Assembly (NCBI RefSeq): GCF_009914755.1
Contig: NC_060940.1
Source of the DNA: the human T2T-CHM13v2.0 reference genome, Homo sapiens
Length of the DNA stretch: 64,000 bases
Direction: 5' to 3' (one strand)
Below are positions 1-14,615 of this stretch, piece after piece (position 1 is the first letter of the stretch; every line of letters begins with the position of its first letter). Made by a program: the position numbers and the translations under genes. The notes under the pieces were generated by a model, which saw only the letters and a list, made by a program, of their open reading frames with translations, ran no database searches and was not told the origin of the DNA.

Positions 1-1995
<1,995 letters not shown>

Positions 1996-2074
1996 TCCTT
2001 TCAAAAATACACAGAAGAGTAAGGGGTTTTGGACTGTTGCAGCTGGGAGGCAGTTTGAAATACTGAATAGGTCT

Positions 2075-2356
2075 CATCGAGAATGTGAGGTTTCAGTAAA
2101 GACTTGAGGAAGTTGAATGAGCTGATCAATGGATATATGGAAGATTATCTTTCAAAGCCAAGAAATTAACTAGAGTCTTGGTCATAAGACAGCAGCATGT
2201 TGGCATGTCCAGAGGACAGTGAGGTGGCCAGGACCACTGGTAAGATCAAGGGTGAAGACATAAAAGAATTTTGGCGGTTAACATGCGGCAGATCACGATG
2301 GGCTTGCAGACTATTGTAAGAATTGTGTCTTTTAGTGTAAATGAAATGGAGAGACA
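2075..2356 (+). mobile_element. Probable L2 fragment
   Basis: Purine-rich L2-like phrasing ('ggcagatcacgatgggcttgcagactattgtaagaattg...tgaaatggagag'); highly diverged. Confidence 0.5.
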
Positions 2357-3674
2357 AATCATTATCCCATTATCAATATTTTAATAAATTGGATCCATGA
2401 ACCAATTCAATGAGATTAAATCAATTAGTAATAATATGCAAATTTGTTTTAAAATTACAAGAATTCCTTGCACATTTGAGAACAGGAGAGTCATGATTGT
2501 TTATCAGCAATAATAAACTATTAATTTTAATTGTCATCAGCTAATTGAGATTAATTGCAATACATCATGCTTTATAATGTGACTGTCAAAAGGAAAATAT
2601 GATTGTAATCTTATACTACATCTATCAATGTCTTTGATTCATAGGACTATAGAATAAGCCCCTAGTTTTCAAAGCAAACTGATGAGGCTGCGACATCTTA
2701 TGCAAGTTTGCTGCTTTCTGCCACAGTGGTCCTTGGTCAGCTGGCACAAATTGTTTTACAAACACCACTAGGTCTAAAAAACGTTTGGATCACAATGAAC
2801 GCAGAAACACCTTCATCCCTTCAGAAATACCTATCAATTAGTTCCAATCCAGAATGAAAAATTGACAACGGAAGTATGTTGATTGTAAAAATGACAGATA
2901 GCTTGCATCTACATGAAAGAAAAATGCCATTTTTATTACAATAGATCATTGTTTTACATGACTTTTGGCATAGCACAATGTTGAACCAAGGGCAAAGAGA
3001 GATGAATTAATGAAGTCTTAAGATATCAAGAATTTGAAAGAAAAGGCAGGTCATCTTTGAAGGTTAGTGACATAGCATTCATCTTCTGTTGTCACCTTTT
3101 CCGTCATTCCCTGTATGCCTGATGGACAGCTTTCACTCAAATTCAGAGAACAGCATGCAAAGATTAGCTACCAACTAATTTTTATGAAGTGAGCTTAATT
3201 TCTAGCCAGACTGAGCTTGTTTTAGCAGGAAGCATTTTTGGGAAATGTATATGTTAGAGTTTGCCCTTCTTGACAAGGTGAGACATAAATGTCTACTTTA
3301 GAGACATGAATTAAAATGGGAAGATATTTGGGGGAAACGTTTTCTCAAATGCAAAATAACAAAGGTACACAAAGGGGAAATTATACTAGATTTATTTCCC
3401 ACTTGTTTTCTATGTCTCATCCAATTCATCTTGATTCCCTTCAGTTTCTGTTTAATGTAGAAGGTGGCATTTTCATTATTTTAAGCTTCTAGCACAATGA
3501 AAGGATTTCTCTTTTTCATGAACTGCATCATAAATGAAAGGGAGGAAGAGTGTCCTATATCATATTTATTGTTCAACAAAACACTGCTCCACTGCTTAAA
3601 TTCAGTTTATAAAAGAGAATTTATTGAACATCTAACACATACATAAAAGGCAGTAAAGACAAATGAGAAGAGGG

Positions 3675-3840
3675 CAGGATATTGAAGTATACAGACTTTA
3701 ATGCTGAGTTTTGTATCTTAGTAAGTTACTGCACCTTACAGAGACTCAATTTCCCCTGATTTAGGAAGGCGATGCTAATGGGTATTGCATAGGTGTAAGT
3801 ATAAAAATGTTGTATTTAAGAGAATCCCACAAGCTTGGTA
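3675..3840 (+). mobile_element. Probable MIR fragment
   Basis: MIR-core-like 'cttagtaagttactgcaccttacagagactcaatttcccc'. Confidence 0.45.
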
Positions 3841-4060
3841 TAAGACAGAAAATAAATAGATGTGACATTAATGAGTAGTTTATTACATTTGTATGCTGCC
3901 TGCAGACTAGAGGAAGCAAGAAACACAGCCACTATGCTTGATTAGCATTATATTCTAATTTGGAATATAAATAGAAAAGAGAAAAATAGAAAGCTATGCA
4001 TAAACACATGCATTAAAATGAATTTTATGTGGACTATTTCAGGAAAATGTTCCTAAGGTG

Positions 4061-4720
4061 TTTTATTTTTTATTGTGGTAAAATACACATAACATAAAAT
4101 GTACTCTGTTAACCATTTTAAGTGTACAGTTCAGTGGTACTAAATAGAGTCATAACATTGTGCAGCCATCCCTACCATCCATCTCCATAACTCGTTTCAT
4201 CTTGTGAAACTGAAACTCTATACCCATTAAACAGTACTTCCCCATGTCTTCCTCCCCCCAGCTTCTGGCAATCATCATTGTACTACCTCTATGATTCTGT
4301 CCACTTTAAGTCTCTTATACAAATGGAATTATACTGTATTTGTCTTTCACTGACTAACTTATTTCACTTGGCATAATATCCTCAAGTTTCATCCAAGTTG
4401 CAACATATGTCAGAATATTTCCCTCATGTTTAAGGCTGAATAATTTTCCATTGTATGTATATATCATGTTTTGCTTATCCATTCATCTGTAGTAGGACAC
4501 TTCCATTGCTTCTACGTTTTAGCTATTGCCAATAATGCTGCTGCAAACATGAATGTACAAATATTTTTTCAAGACTCTGCTTTCAATTCTTTTGCTATCT
4601 TGAGATGTGGGGCTGCCGAATCATAAGGCAATACCATTTTGATGTTTTGAGGAACTACCGTACTCTTTTCCACAGCAAACATAGGGTTTGGCATTCCCTC
4701 CAATATTGCAAAAGGAATCG
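4061..4720 (-). mobile_element. L1MB-type 3' end fragment
   Basis: 'ttttattgtggtaaaatacacataacataaaatg...aagtgtacagttcagtgg...gaaactctatacccattaaac' is the antisense L1MB-type 3' terminus, followed by L1 3' ORF2-like antisense sequence. Confidence 0.75.
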
Positions 4721-7700
4721 CCACATCCTTGCCTGTGGATTTTATTCACAAGTCCTGTGGCTCTCTCTACATCCCGGCCACCATGTGTTATTTCCTGTTT
4801 ATATATATGACATCAAAGGTGCAGAAAGTAATGAACTAAATTGGAAGGATAAACATGTAGAAAAATAGAGGTAAATACTGACTACATAAAACCATAAGAA
4901 TAAGAATTTTGGATGATCTATTATATATCTATTTATCTAACATCTATCTGTTCCCCCATCTGTAATTAAAATATATTACAGTTAGAGAACAGAGAAAAAA
5001 GTAGGAATACATGAATTTAAATTTTAATTCTTCTTAGATTGTCTCACAGCATCATTATATGACAGAAAATTTATAGGTCAGTATCTGTTAACTATAAACG
5101 TAACATTTTTAAAGTATTCAAATACATTGAATTACAGCATGAATAACATATTACAATCCATTCAAGTTTATTTTATTCCAGGAAAACAAAAATACAAATT
5201 TCATTTGCAATTCAAGAAAAACAGAAATCGATACATATGATTGATGTATATACACATTTAATGTATTTTTAAATATACATTTTTTAAAAATAAAATTTTT
5301 CTAGGACAACTACTTAAAATATCACTGAAAATAGTGTTATTAGATAATACCTTCCTAATGACTCTGGTATTACATAAGAAAACAAATTAAAATTTCAGAT
5401 AAGCTTAGAAAGTAAAAATTTTAAAAATATTATTCTGTTCTCCATATGTTCATATTTAATATTATTTCTTGTTTTCATTCTTCTTCAGTGTTGCTCTACT
5501 AAAATATAACATACAATGGTTACTTTTGATTTCTGTTCTTATTACTCAAAATTGTATATATTTTCTCATGCTCTTAATTTAGCTATGCTACTTTTCTTTA
5601 CTCCTGGAATTTTCACATTTGTGTTCACTCTCTTTTGAGTTCCCATAGTATCAAATAAGCTTTTTGCCCTCTTTCTGATTTGAAGGTTCATCTTCTCATA
5701 ATTATTTTGTCCACTCAGTTTCTTTTCATTCTCAGTTAAGTGCCTCTCATCTGGCTTCTTTTCATTTGTAAGGTTTCCTTTCATCTTAAGCCAATCTTTT
5801 ATGTATATTTTGATTCTGTTTTTTGGAGGACATGCTTCCCTGAATTTTAAGGAAGAGGCCAAAAGGTTTGTTCAAGTTTTTACCTGATACATTGGATTAA
5901 ATTATCTAATGTACACACCCTTAATTTAAGTCTAGGGGCGACTGTCTACTCTCGATTTTGTATAGTATTATTTTTCTTAACATCCAAGTCCATCTTCATC
6001 TATTTGTATATGATCAATAAAAATATATTTGTCCAGAACCCTGCTTTGGTGGAGTTACTTCTTTCTAAGTAGGAGAGGTAGGAGTTGAGACATGAGCTGG
6101 GTTCTGGGTCAGTTTAGAGGGCTGGGCGACATTCCTCCTTTTGGTCTGTATGACTGAATGAATGCGGTTCTTGCTGTCTCGCTCCTCTCCTTAACACATT
6201 GAGCCATTGCCGCAGATGAGAAGGAATAATCCTGATCTGCCATTCAGGTGGAACTCTTGTTCTCTCCAACCACATCTATAGGTTGTACTCACACTCGGCC
6301 AGAATGTATCCTGTCAATGATATGGAGATGTATCTAGCTATCTAGATAGATATCTACTTTGGTTTATGCTCTCTGGTTGCCCGTAAATTATCTCCTTAAA
6401 GTGAATATCAAAAGAGAGCTTGGTGATGGCAGTGTTATAAAATCCTCAAAATGCAGCACCCACACCCAGAGGAATTTGTAGATTCTGGGATTCTAATTCA
6501 GATATCAAACATATAAAAGGGGCATTGGTCATTGAGGGTTGCTAGGCTCTTTGTGGAGCATATTTGCTCTTTTCATGACTTTGAAATTATTTTAAAAATC
6601 TAACCTTTTTCTCAGTGTGCTGCAAGATGATTTGATTTTAATGCACAAGCACTAATTCTCCCCTAAGATTTCTACAACATATTTGCTCTGACAAGCCATA
6701 GCCAGCAACTCACTTCACAGCAATTTATAGCATTTCCATGATAAGTTGAATTATTTTTAACTAGACTCTCTTTGCCTTAATAAAAATATGAAGAAACAAT
6801 ATACTTGTTGTAGTTAGGTTCAAAAGTTGGCAGTCTCTCTCCTGGAAAGAATAATAAAACTTTTCAGCGGCCTAATATGCATCTATAGACACACACACAT
6901 GCAAGCACTATTCATAATATTTAAAGCACATTCTGTTCTATGACTTCATTTGTCTAGCACAAAATAAAGCGATCTCAGTATATGTCAAGTACCAATTGTT
7001 TCGTATGGCCAATTATAGGTATTTTATTTTTTAAAGATTAGAGTGTTCTTGAAGCTCTTTCTATTTCTTTGTCAATGAACTAAACATTAGCAAATATGTA
7101 GGGTTTCCCACATAAGAACATTATTAACATCAAAATAGAAAGCTGGTGGTAGAAATAATGATTGGGAACACAGAGTCTCTACTCAGCGTTCTACTTCTGC
7201 CATACCATAACTTTGTGATCTCACGAAATATCTCTCCATGTTCTCATCCCTATGTATAGTTCTGTCATTTTTCAATAAGAGCTTTTCATTTAATTATGAA
7301 GTACTAGTTACTATAACCATTATTTTGAGCTTCATGTAAATCAAGAACACATGGACTCCACTTGCAAAACATTGAAAATGTAGTTAGGGATTGGGGGCAC
7401 AAAGCAACATTTTAAAATGTGTAAAGACAATGAGTAAGCAACAAAGTGTCCAATTTTTTAGGTGAAAGTTGCATACGTCAGGAAAAGGCAGGATTAAGTA
7501 ACAGAGAATTTGAATGATAACTGGCCAGTTGGTGTCGTTTACAATTGCAAGACATACAAATGAAGTTTGCTTTTTTAAAGAGAAAAGGAGTTAGTTAGAA
7601 TGGGTCAACCTATTGGGGAAGCAATGTAGTTAGAGACAATGCCCAAAACCATGTGAGCAAATGCTCTGTAGAGCGCACCCCTGCAATGCTGCCATTGTGA

Positions 7701-8660
7701 GGCCAAGTCTCTCCTTGTCTTGGTACTGAGCCCTCCATTCTGCCTCCATCATTGCCACTGTAGCTGCCACAAAATGATCCCTCAACCACCGCTGCCCAGG
7801 AACAAAGAAAGAATTCTGTCCTTCTGCGCTCTCAGATCAATTTCCAACATCAGGTGAGACTTTGATGGGCACTATTCAGTTCCCATATCCCTGAAAGAGA
7901 TGCAGTAAAAACATAGAAATTGCCTATGTGTTTCCCAATAAGACACATATGGAAGCCTGTTTTCCCACAACAGGAAGGGGTTTCCACGATGGGTGTTCAA
8001 AGGAACAATATTCCCTGTAAACCATACTTTGCCCATATGAAGAAGAGCAATAAGGATTATTTAGTAAATAGACATGGAAACTCATCCAGGGTTGGCTGAT
8101 GAGAAGCTGGTTAGCAAGGGGTTCTGTCTTCAGTTAGGACAAGGTCTGTCCTTCCCACGGGTTCTCTCCAAAGCAGGAGGGATGCAAACTTCCCTTTCCT
8201 CCCCTGCACCTACCCTCAAATGGCCCAGAGGTCTTCAGGTGCTAGAATTTCTCAATTAATGCTGCAGAAAATAACAGACAGCCTTGACTGTCACTGTCTG
8301 TTCTCATGAAGCTAGTCTCTGCTTACTACATAAAACAGAAGAGTAAGAATAACGGTGTTAAACACTACCCTAGCTCAACAAGTTTCTCTCTGTAGGATGC
8401 CAAGAACCTGGGAACCAGTGCATCTGCTGCTTTCCCTTCTCGGATTCTAGCCCAGACAAAAGAGGCAATGGGCATTTCTTCAGAGGCCTTGAGCTTCACT
8501 ACACAATGCCCCAGGCTCTACATGCACCCTCTTTATATATTTCTACCTTGAAAAAAAATTTTATATAATAATATATATTTTTATATAAGGAACACATATG
8601 TTTATTTTATAGATAGATATAGATATACATAGATAAAGATCTCTAGTCTGCCTTTTTTAA

Positions 8661-8957
8661 GGCTGGGCTGATCACGGTGCCCCAAAACTATAATCCCAGC
8701 ACTTTGGGAGGCCAAGGTGGCCAGATCTCTTGAGTCCAGGAGATGGAGAACAGCCAGGGCAACATGGTGAAACACCATCTTTACAAAAATTAGCTAGTAT
8801 GGTGGCGTGCACTTGCAGTCCCTGCTACTCAGGAGACTGAGGTGGGAGAATCGCTTGAGCACACTATGTGAAGGCTTCAGTGAGCTCTGATCACATGACT
8901 GCACTCCATCTTGGGTGACAAAGTGAGACCCTCTCTCAAAATAAAATAAAATAAAAA
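8661..8957 (+). mobile_element. AluJ-type (old, CpG-depleted) dimer
   Basis: Two Alu arms, 'cttgagtccaggag' J-type motif, (TAAAA)n tail. Confidence 0.8.
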
Positions 8958-9990
8958 GGCTACCACCATACTCACAGATAAGTGTGTCAGGTATATTTGC
9001 AGCTATCTTTCCTATACTCTATTTGGTAAAAAAAAAATTGCAAAGAACTCTTCTCATTCTAGATTTTTGTATTAATTAGACATTTGAAGTTTACAGCAGA
9101 AGAGCTATAATCATGTTTGGTATGTGTACTCTATAGACCAGATAGTGCAAACAGATATCAATGCTTTTTAAAAGTATATAAGGTTATTGGAAATATTTTA
9201 AACTACCTATAGGTATATATGTATCTAATTCAACTATCAAATGCAAGTAAGATCATTTCCTTAGCGTGTGAAATGCACTCAATTTATTAAAATATTTTCT
9301 AATGTCTATTACAATAATATTTCTTAATTAGCTAACATAAGAAGAGTTTTAAGACATTTATTTATATGTACTTACTAGATTCAAACTCGATTCCACTATT
9401 TTCAGAAATCATGCTCTGAGACAAGTCCTTTTTTTAATCTGGCTATGTTTCTACCTATATTAAAAGACAGATATGTCAATTTTCCTAATCATGCTGTTCC
9501 AAACCTCTCCATCCTATTTTTCGTTTGTTCTACCAGTCATTCAGAGACTTACTTATATTCAAATTTCTCTCTAGGTTTAACATTTGTGTATGTCTTCTTG
9601 TGTTTTTGTCTATTTTTGCTGTGTATAATTTAAGACATTTATTGACATATATCATACATGCAGAAAAGTACAATGATTAAATATGGATAGCTTCATTAAT
9701 GAAACACATGTATTTGCTTATAACCATGTATGAAAATAGAACATTACTAAAAATAGAGATACTTCTCCTGCCCCTTTCCAAACACTAACCCTCATCCTCA
9801 ATAGTAACAGATTTTTTTTTATCATAGAGTAATTTGGTCTATTTTCAAATTTTTATTAAATAAATCAGAGTATCTACTCTATGTTTCTTTCATTTTGTTA
9901 TTTTGCTTGTAGTATTTATCTGCTAATGGACATGGTAGATTAAAGACGGCTACATACACATTTTTTAATTAATAGATTTTTTGAGCACTT

Positions 9991-10118
9991 TGTGGCTCAT
10001 GCCTCTAATCCCACCACTTTGGGAGGCTGAGGTGCGTGGATCATGAGGTCAGGAGATCGAGACCATCCTGGCCAACGCGGTAAAACCCCTTCTCTACTAA
10101 AATACAAAAAATTAGCTG
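9991..10118 (+). mobile_element. Alu left arm (Sc/Y-like), truncated just after the A-rich linker
   Basis: 'gtggctcatgcctctaatccc...gaggtcaggagatcgagaccatcctggccaac...aaaatacaaaaaattagctg', then an abrupt switch to non-Alu sequence. Confidence 0.85.
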
Positions 10119-10261
10119 ATAGATAACATCAAGATAACATCTGGGTTCTTAGATGCACGGAGTCAAGCCTACTTACATCTTTGTTTGTCTTCCTCTTCAC
10201 TTTTCCTTCCACATCACACTCCAGGAATGCCAAGCTGTGCTGGCCTTCTACCCCATTTCGA

Positions 10262-11447
10262 CTATTTTGCCCCCGCCGATGCGGCTTTTTGCGGCTTTAT
10301 GCCCCCGCCGCCGCGGCTTTCTGCCCCCGGTCTCGCGGAATTTAGCCCCTGCCGCCGCGGCTTTTTGGGGCTCTTTGCCCTCGCCGCCGCAGCTTTTTGC
10401 GTCTTTCTCCCCCCGCCGCCGCGGCTTTTTGAGGCTTTTTACCCCCTGCTGCCGCAGCTTTTTGCCCCCACCACCGTGAATTTTTTCTCTGCGGCTTTTT
10501 GTCACCGCCGCTGCGGCTTTTTATGGCTTCTTGCCCTGCCGCCCCGGCTTTTTGCAGCTTTTTGCCGCCGCGGCTTTTGTCCCCCAGCACCGCGGCTTTT
10601 TACGCCTTTTCGCCCCCGCCGCCGCGGCTTTTTTACCCCGCTGCCGCAGGTTTTTCCTGCCGCCTCTTCTTGACCCCACTGCCCATGCTTTTGCGGCTTT
10701 TTGCCCCCGCCATCGCAGCTTTTTACACCCTCCGCCCCGGCTCCTTGCCCCCTACGTGGCTTCCTGCCCCCGCCGCCGCGGCTTTTTATCACCCCAGCCG
10801 CTTTTTGCCTCCGCCGCCATGCGTTTTTGCCCCTGCCGCCGAGGGTTTTTGCGGCTTCATGTCCCCGCCGTCGTGGCTTTTTGCCGCCCCTGCTTTTTGC
10901 CCCCTCTGCCGCGGCTTTTTGCGGCTTTTGGCACCAGACGCCGCGGCTTTTTGAGGCTTTTTGCCCCCGCCGCCGCGGCTTTTTGCCGCCGCCTCACCGT
11001 TTTGCCCCCGCCGCGCCTTTTTGCCCCCGCCGCCGCATCTTTTTGCAGCCGCGGCTTTTTGCTCCTGCCGTCGCGGCTTTCTGCCCCCGACGCTGCGGCT
11101 TTTTACGGCTTTTTACCCAGTCACCGCAGCTTTTTGCCCCCGCCGCCGCAGCTTTTTGCCCCTGCCACGCAGCTTATTGTCGCCGAGGCTGTTTGCCTCG
11201 GCCGCCGTGGCTTGATGCCCCCATCGTCCCGGCTTTTTCCCCCACCGCCCCGGCTTTTTGACCCCACGTTGCGGCTTTTTGCGGCTTTTTGCCCCCCGCC
11301 GCCGCGGCTTTTTGCCCCCATCACCGCGGCTTTTTCCCCGCCACCGCGGCTTTTTGCCGATGCGGCTTTTTACTCCCGCCGCCACAGGTTTTTACCAATG
11401 CGGCTTTTTCACACCGCCGTCGCGGGTTTTTGCCCCCACCGCCGCGG
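10262..11447. repeat. CpG-rich degenerate tandem repeat (GCCCCCGCCGCCGCGGCTTTTT / GCGGCTTTTT)n; CAAAAAG-type pericentromeric GC-rich repeat
   Basis: Dozens of ~10-bp and ~22-bp units with T4-T6 runs and CCGCGG cores. The reverse strand reads CAAAAAGCCGCGGC, the motif of the GC-rich repeats described at hominoid pericentromeric duplication junctions. Confidence 0.9.
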
Positions 11448-11599
11448 GTCTGAGGGCGGGATCGGCAGACTAGGCTGCCAGATCTACCGTCGTCCTGGCT
11501 AAGGCAGCGCCGAGGGTCACTCCTGGTCCAGCTCTCCTGGTTCGGGGGTTCCTTGCCTAGACACCCGCACCCCAGGCTCTGTTCCTGGGCCGCTGCAGC

Positions 11600-11830
11600 C
11601 TGCATAGAACGGCGCTGCGCTCGGCCCTGATGGGAGAGAAGAAGGAGGTCTGTGGAGGGGGTGACGCGGCTATCGCGGAGGGAAGCACAGGGGCCGCAGC
11701 CAGCCGGGTGCTGCAGCAGTGCGGGCAGCTCCAGAAGCTCATCGGCATCTCCGTTGGCAGCCTGCGCGGGCTGCGCACCAAGTGCGCTGTGTCCAAGGAC
11801 GTCACCCAGCAGGAGATACGGACCGTGCAG
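11600..11830 (+). pseudogene. KSR1P: KSR1 exon 1 duplicated copy (unprocessed KSR1P-type fragment; N-terminal CA1/coiled-coil region)
   Basis: Translates [77 protein letters not shown], matching the recalled KSR1 N-terminus (MDRAALRAAAMGEKKE...[25 protein letters not shown]...QQEIRTLE). Ends at a canonical donor CAG|GTAAGG (11830/11831). No further KSR1 exons seen. The specific paralog is not determinable. Confidence 0.9.
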
Positions 11831-12653
11831 GTAAGGGGGTCGGGGACCAGGGCTGGGCTCCAGCACCGGACTGGACATCTCCCAGGGGCCCCAGTTCACT
11901 CCTGGCCGAGTTGCATCCTTGAGCCCGCGTCACCCCCTTGGAGGCTTCTCCTCCCTCCTGCACTCGCTGATGCGGCAGCCGCAGGACCCAGGACCAGCCC
12001 TCACCTTGGGCAGGATTTGTGGGCCGGGTGCGTGTTGGGAACTGTGATGGAGGCTCGAGGGGCCCGTGGGCAGGGTGGGCTGCGTGTGGACATCCCCTTA
12101 CGTCCCGAATTTCCATCTGGTGCAGCCTTCTCATCTTGTAGGTGAGGAAACCGAAGGCCTGAGGGAGAAATGACTTACCAGGAACCCCTGTTAAGGAAAA
12201 TTAACAAAGTGTGGTTATCAAAGGAGAACTGAGTTCGGATTCAGACCTGGAGTCCCACACCCTTGGTTAAGACATTATACCACCTTGAGCCTGGCCTGTT
12301 GACTGAGGGTGAGCCACTCCATCCTCGTCTGATTGTGGGGTCTTGACCTCAAGGGGTTTCCTGCAGGAAGAAGCAAATGGGTTTGCTTTCCCAGCTCTGT
12401 CCAGTACCTTAGGGACCCTGAGAACTGGAGAGATTCTTGGAGAGCCATCTGGTGTATGTCATGGGTGGGCCTTGTTTGAAGGTCAGTCTGCCCAGTGGGC
12501 TGGCTCAGCCCAAATGAACTGTCTTGAATCTTTGGAGATGTCTGTGTACTTTTAAGGGTTTCTCATCCTTGCACCAAAAGATCCCCTGGAAATTAGGTGG
12601 GAAAACCTTAACTTTTGTGGAGCCTTGTATTTGTCTTAAAAGTTCATGCGCAT

Positions 12654-12919
12654 AGCCAGGTGTGGTGGCTCACGCCTGTTATCCTATCCTGGATCCCTTG
12701 AGTCAAGGAGTTTGAGACCAACCTGGACAATATAATGAGACCCCATCTCTACAAAAAATAAAATATTATCCAGGGGTGGTTGTGCGCATCTGTAGTCCTA
12801 GCTACTACTGTGGCTGAGGCGGGAGGAGCACTTGAGCCTGCACTGAGCTGTGATCTCACTAGTGTATTCCAGCCTGGGCCACAGAGCAACACCTTGACTC
12901 AAAAAAGAAAAAAAAAAAA
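12654..12919 (+). mobile_element. AluJ-type with internal left-arm deletion
   Basis: 'agccaggtgtggtggctcacgcctg...ggagtttgagaccaacctggacaa...ccagcctgggccacagagcaa' plus A tail. Confidence 0.8.
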
Positions 12920-13040
12920 CCAACAAGAAAAATTCTTGAAGATTTTGCATTCTGTCCCACTATCCATTGATTTTCATGTCAAGATAATGTCAGAAATTCT
13001 TTACAATTGCTTCCAGAAGGAGTAGCCTTTTGATCTAGTG

Positions 13041-13231
13041 CACAGGTGTCCAGTCTTTTGGCTTCTCAGGGCCACATTGGAAGAAGAATGCTCCTGGGCC
13101 ACAGATAAAATACACTACTGCTAATTATAGCTGATGAGTTTAAAAAAAAAAAGTTTGTGCATAATTTTCATGATACCCACCACCACAGTTAGGTGGAAAA
13201 GTCCTTGTAGTCAAAGGGTTGGACACGGCTG
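13041..13231 (+). mobile_element. MER30 (non-autonomous hAT-Charlie DNA transposon)
   Basis: 'caggtgtccagtcttttggcttc...ggccacattggaagaag...taaaatacacta...tagctgatgag...gggttggacacggctg'. 8-bp TSD ATCTAGTG at 13033-13040 and 13232-13239, typical of hAT elements. Confidence 0.85.
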
Positions 13232-13596
13232 ATCTAGTGTCTTGTCGTCCGTTTTGGCTTTCTCCCTGACTCCAGAATGCAGGTAGAGATGTAGAGACAT
13301 GCTCTCAGGACAGCTGTTGAGATGAAAAAAATTCGTTGTCATTTATTCCCAAGGACAGCTGTTTGCCATTTGCATTGAAAAAGTCTCCATTCAAACTGCT
13401 GTCACATATAAAATCTATTTATATGTCTGTATTTTTCTGTTGTCTTGGCCTTTGTGGGCAGTAGTGTGTTTTAACCGAGCAAACTGTCCTTCCAAATAAT
13501 GAAGCCGAAGTCAGCCTACCTGCTTACCATTTTTCTTCCCCTTCCATTTTTCTAACCTCAGGATAATTGTAAGAATGAATTAAGATTTGTGTTTAA

Positions 13597-13740
13597 GGCT
13601 GGGCACAGTGTCTCAGGCCTGTCATCTCAGCACTTTGGGAGGCGGAGATGGATGTATCGTTTGATCTCAGGAGTTGAAGACCAGCCTGGGCAAAATACTG
13701 AGACTCCATCTTGTATAATTAAATTAAAAATTAAAAAAAG
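13597..13740 (+). mobile_element. FLAM / Alu monomer
   Basis: Single arm 'ggctgggcacagtg...caggagttgaagaccagcctgggcaa' with an A-rich tail; 'tgtgtttaa' repeated on both flanks. Confidence 0.75.
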
Positions 13741-14615
13741 GAGAGAAAAGGACCTGTGTTTAAAGTTTTAAAAAAGGAGGGAAGGTGTTATGCAAAATGT
13801 GGACTATGCTAGCTATGATTGGGAAAAATAATTTTTCATACAGCATTATCTGTTGACATGTATTAGCAGCATACTGGTCATAAGCGTTTTGCTTTCCTCA
13901 AATATGATGAGGTAAGCTACTTTAAATTGTGGTGGGGCTTTCTTCCACATGGCTCCTGGAGGTGTTGAGTCCCAATTTAGCCAATTAATTTGGGTATAGT
14001 TTTGATATGGATGAGGGAGACCAGCTTCATTCATGATGCACACACAGTTTTGCCAGTAAGGGAAAAAAAAGCAACCTGAATGTTCCTACTCATTAGATGC
14101 TATCTGGAGAGCTCCTACCCCACTGCCACAAAGGCTCTGGCCCTTAAAAAGACTCAATGCAGCCTTTCTGCATCTCATAATGTATTCTGCAAGATGCTCC
14201 TGTGAAAGAAAGTGGTGCTGCATCAGCCATCTCCCTCCTGAAGATCCCTGCGGATGAGGATTTGTGTTTTAAAGGTTCTCAGAAGTCCTGCAACAACAGT
14301 TCTCAAACTTATTTGTCCAGGGGATCTTTTCTTCCACTGAACATAGTTGGGGAGACACGGCCTTAAGCCTTGAGCAGAGAAAGAGACAAGAAACTGTTGG
14401 CTCACTTACAACCAAGTGTTGTGTTTATGTTTTAGGTTTTTATGAAACTGAGGTGCTCTTTGAGGTTCTGAATCAAATTGGGTGGTTGAAGAGAGGCTGG
14501 TATCCCTGTAGACTTAGCCAGCAATGAGAGGTTGAGTTTTGTTGAAGGAGGTGTTTTACAAAGGGAAATAGGGTGTTTCCTGGGCATCACATTAGCACTT
14601 AAATACATGTATCAC

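Larger units (their letters stand above)
11831..14615 (+). other. Probable KSR1 intron-1-derived duplicon sequence
   Basis: Follows the splice donor, is GC-rich then euchromatic-like with old SINE/DNA elements, and stops abruptly at the (GAAAT)n tract. The extent is inferred. Confidence 0.55.

Noticed and set aside
5566-5862. 98-aa Lys-rich minus-strand ORF
   Set aside because: Non-ATG start, compositionally biased, no domain I recognise and no clear splice acceptor; may be a decayed repeat or lncRNA exon. A BLAST search would be needed.
10262-11447. CRISPR-like array or telomeric/rDNA repeat
   Set aside because: No constant repeat with unique spacers, no TTAGGG and no rRNA similarity; eukaryotic degenerate tandem repeat.
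10153-11502. Many overlapping Pro/Arg/Ala/Phe-rich ORFs up to 323 aa
   Set aside because: The repeat unit lacks stop codons, so several frames on both strands stay open; low complexity, no recognisable protein.
11321-12134. Minus-strand ORFs over the KSR1 exon
   Set aside because: GC-rich antisense shadows with no recognisable homology.
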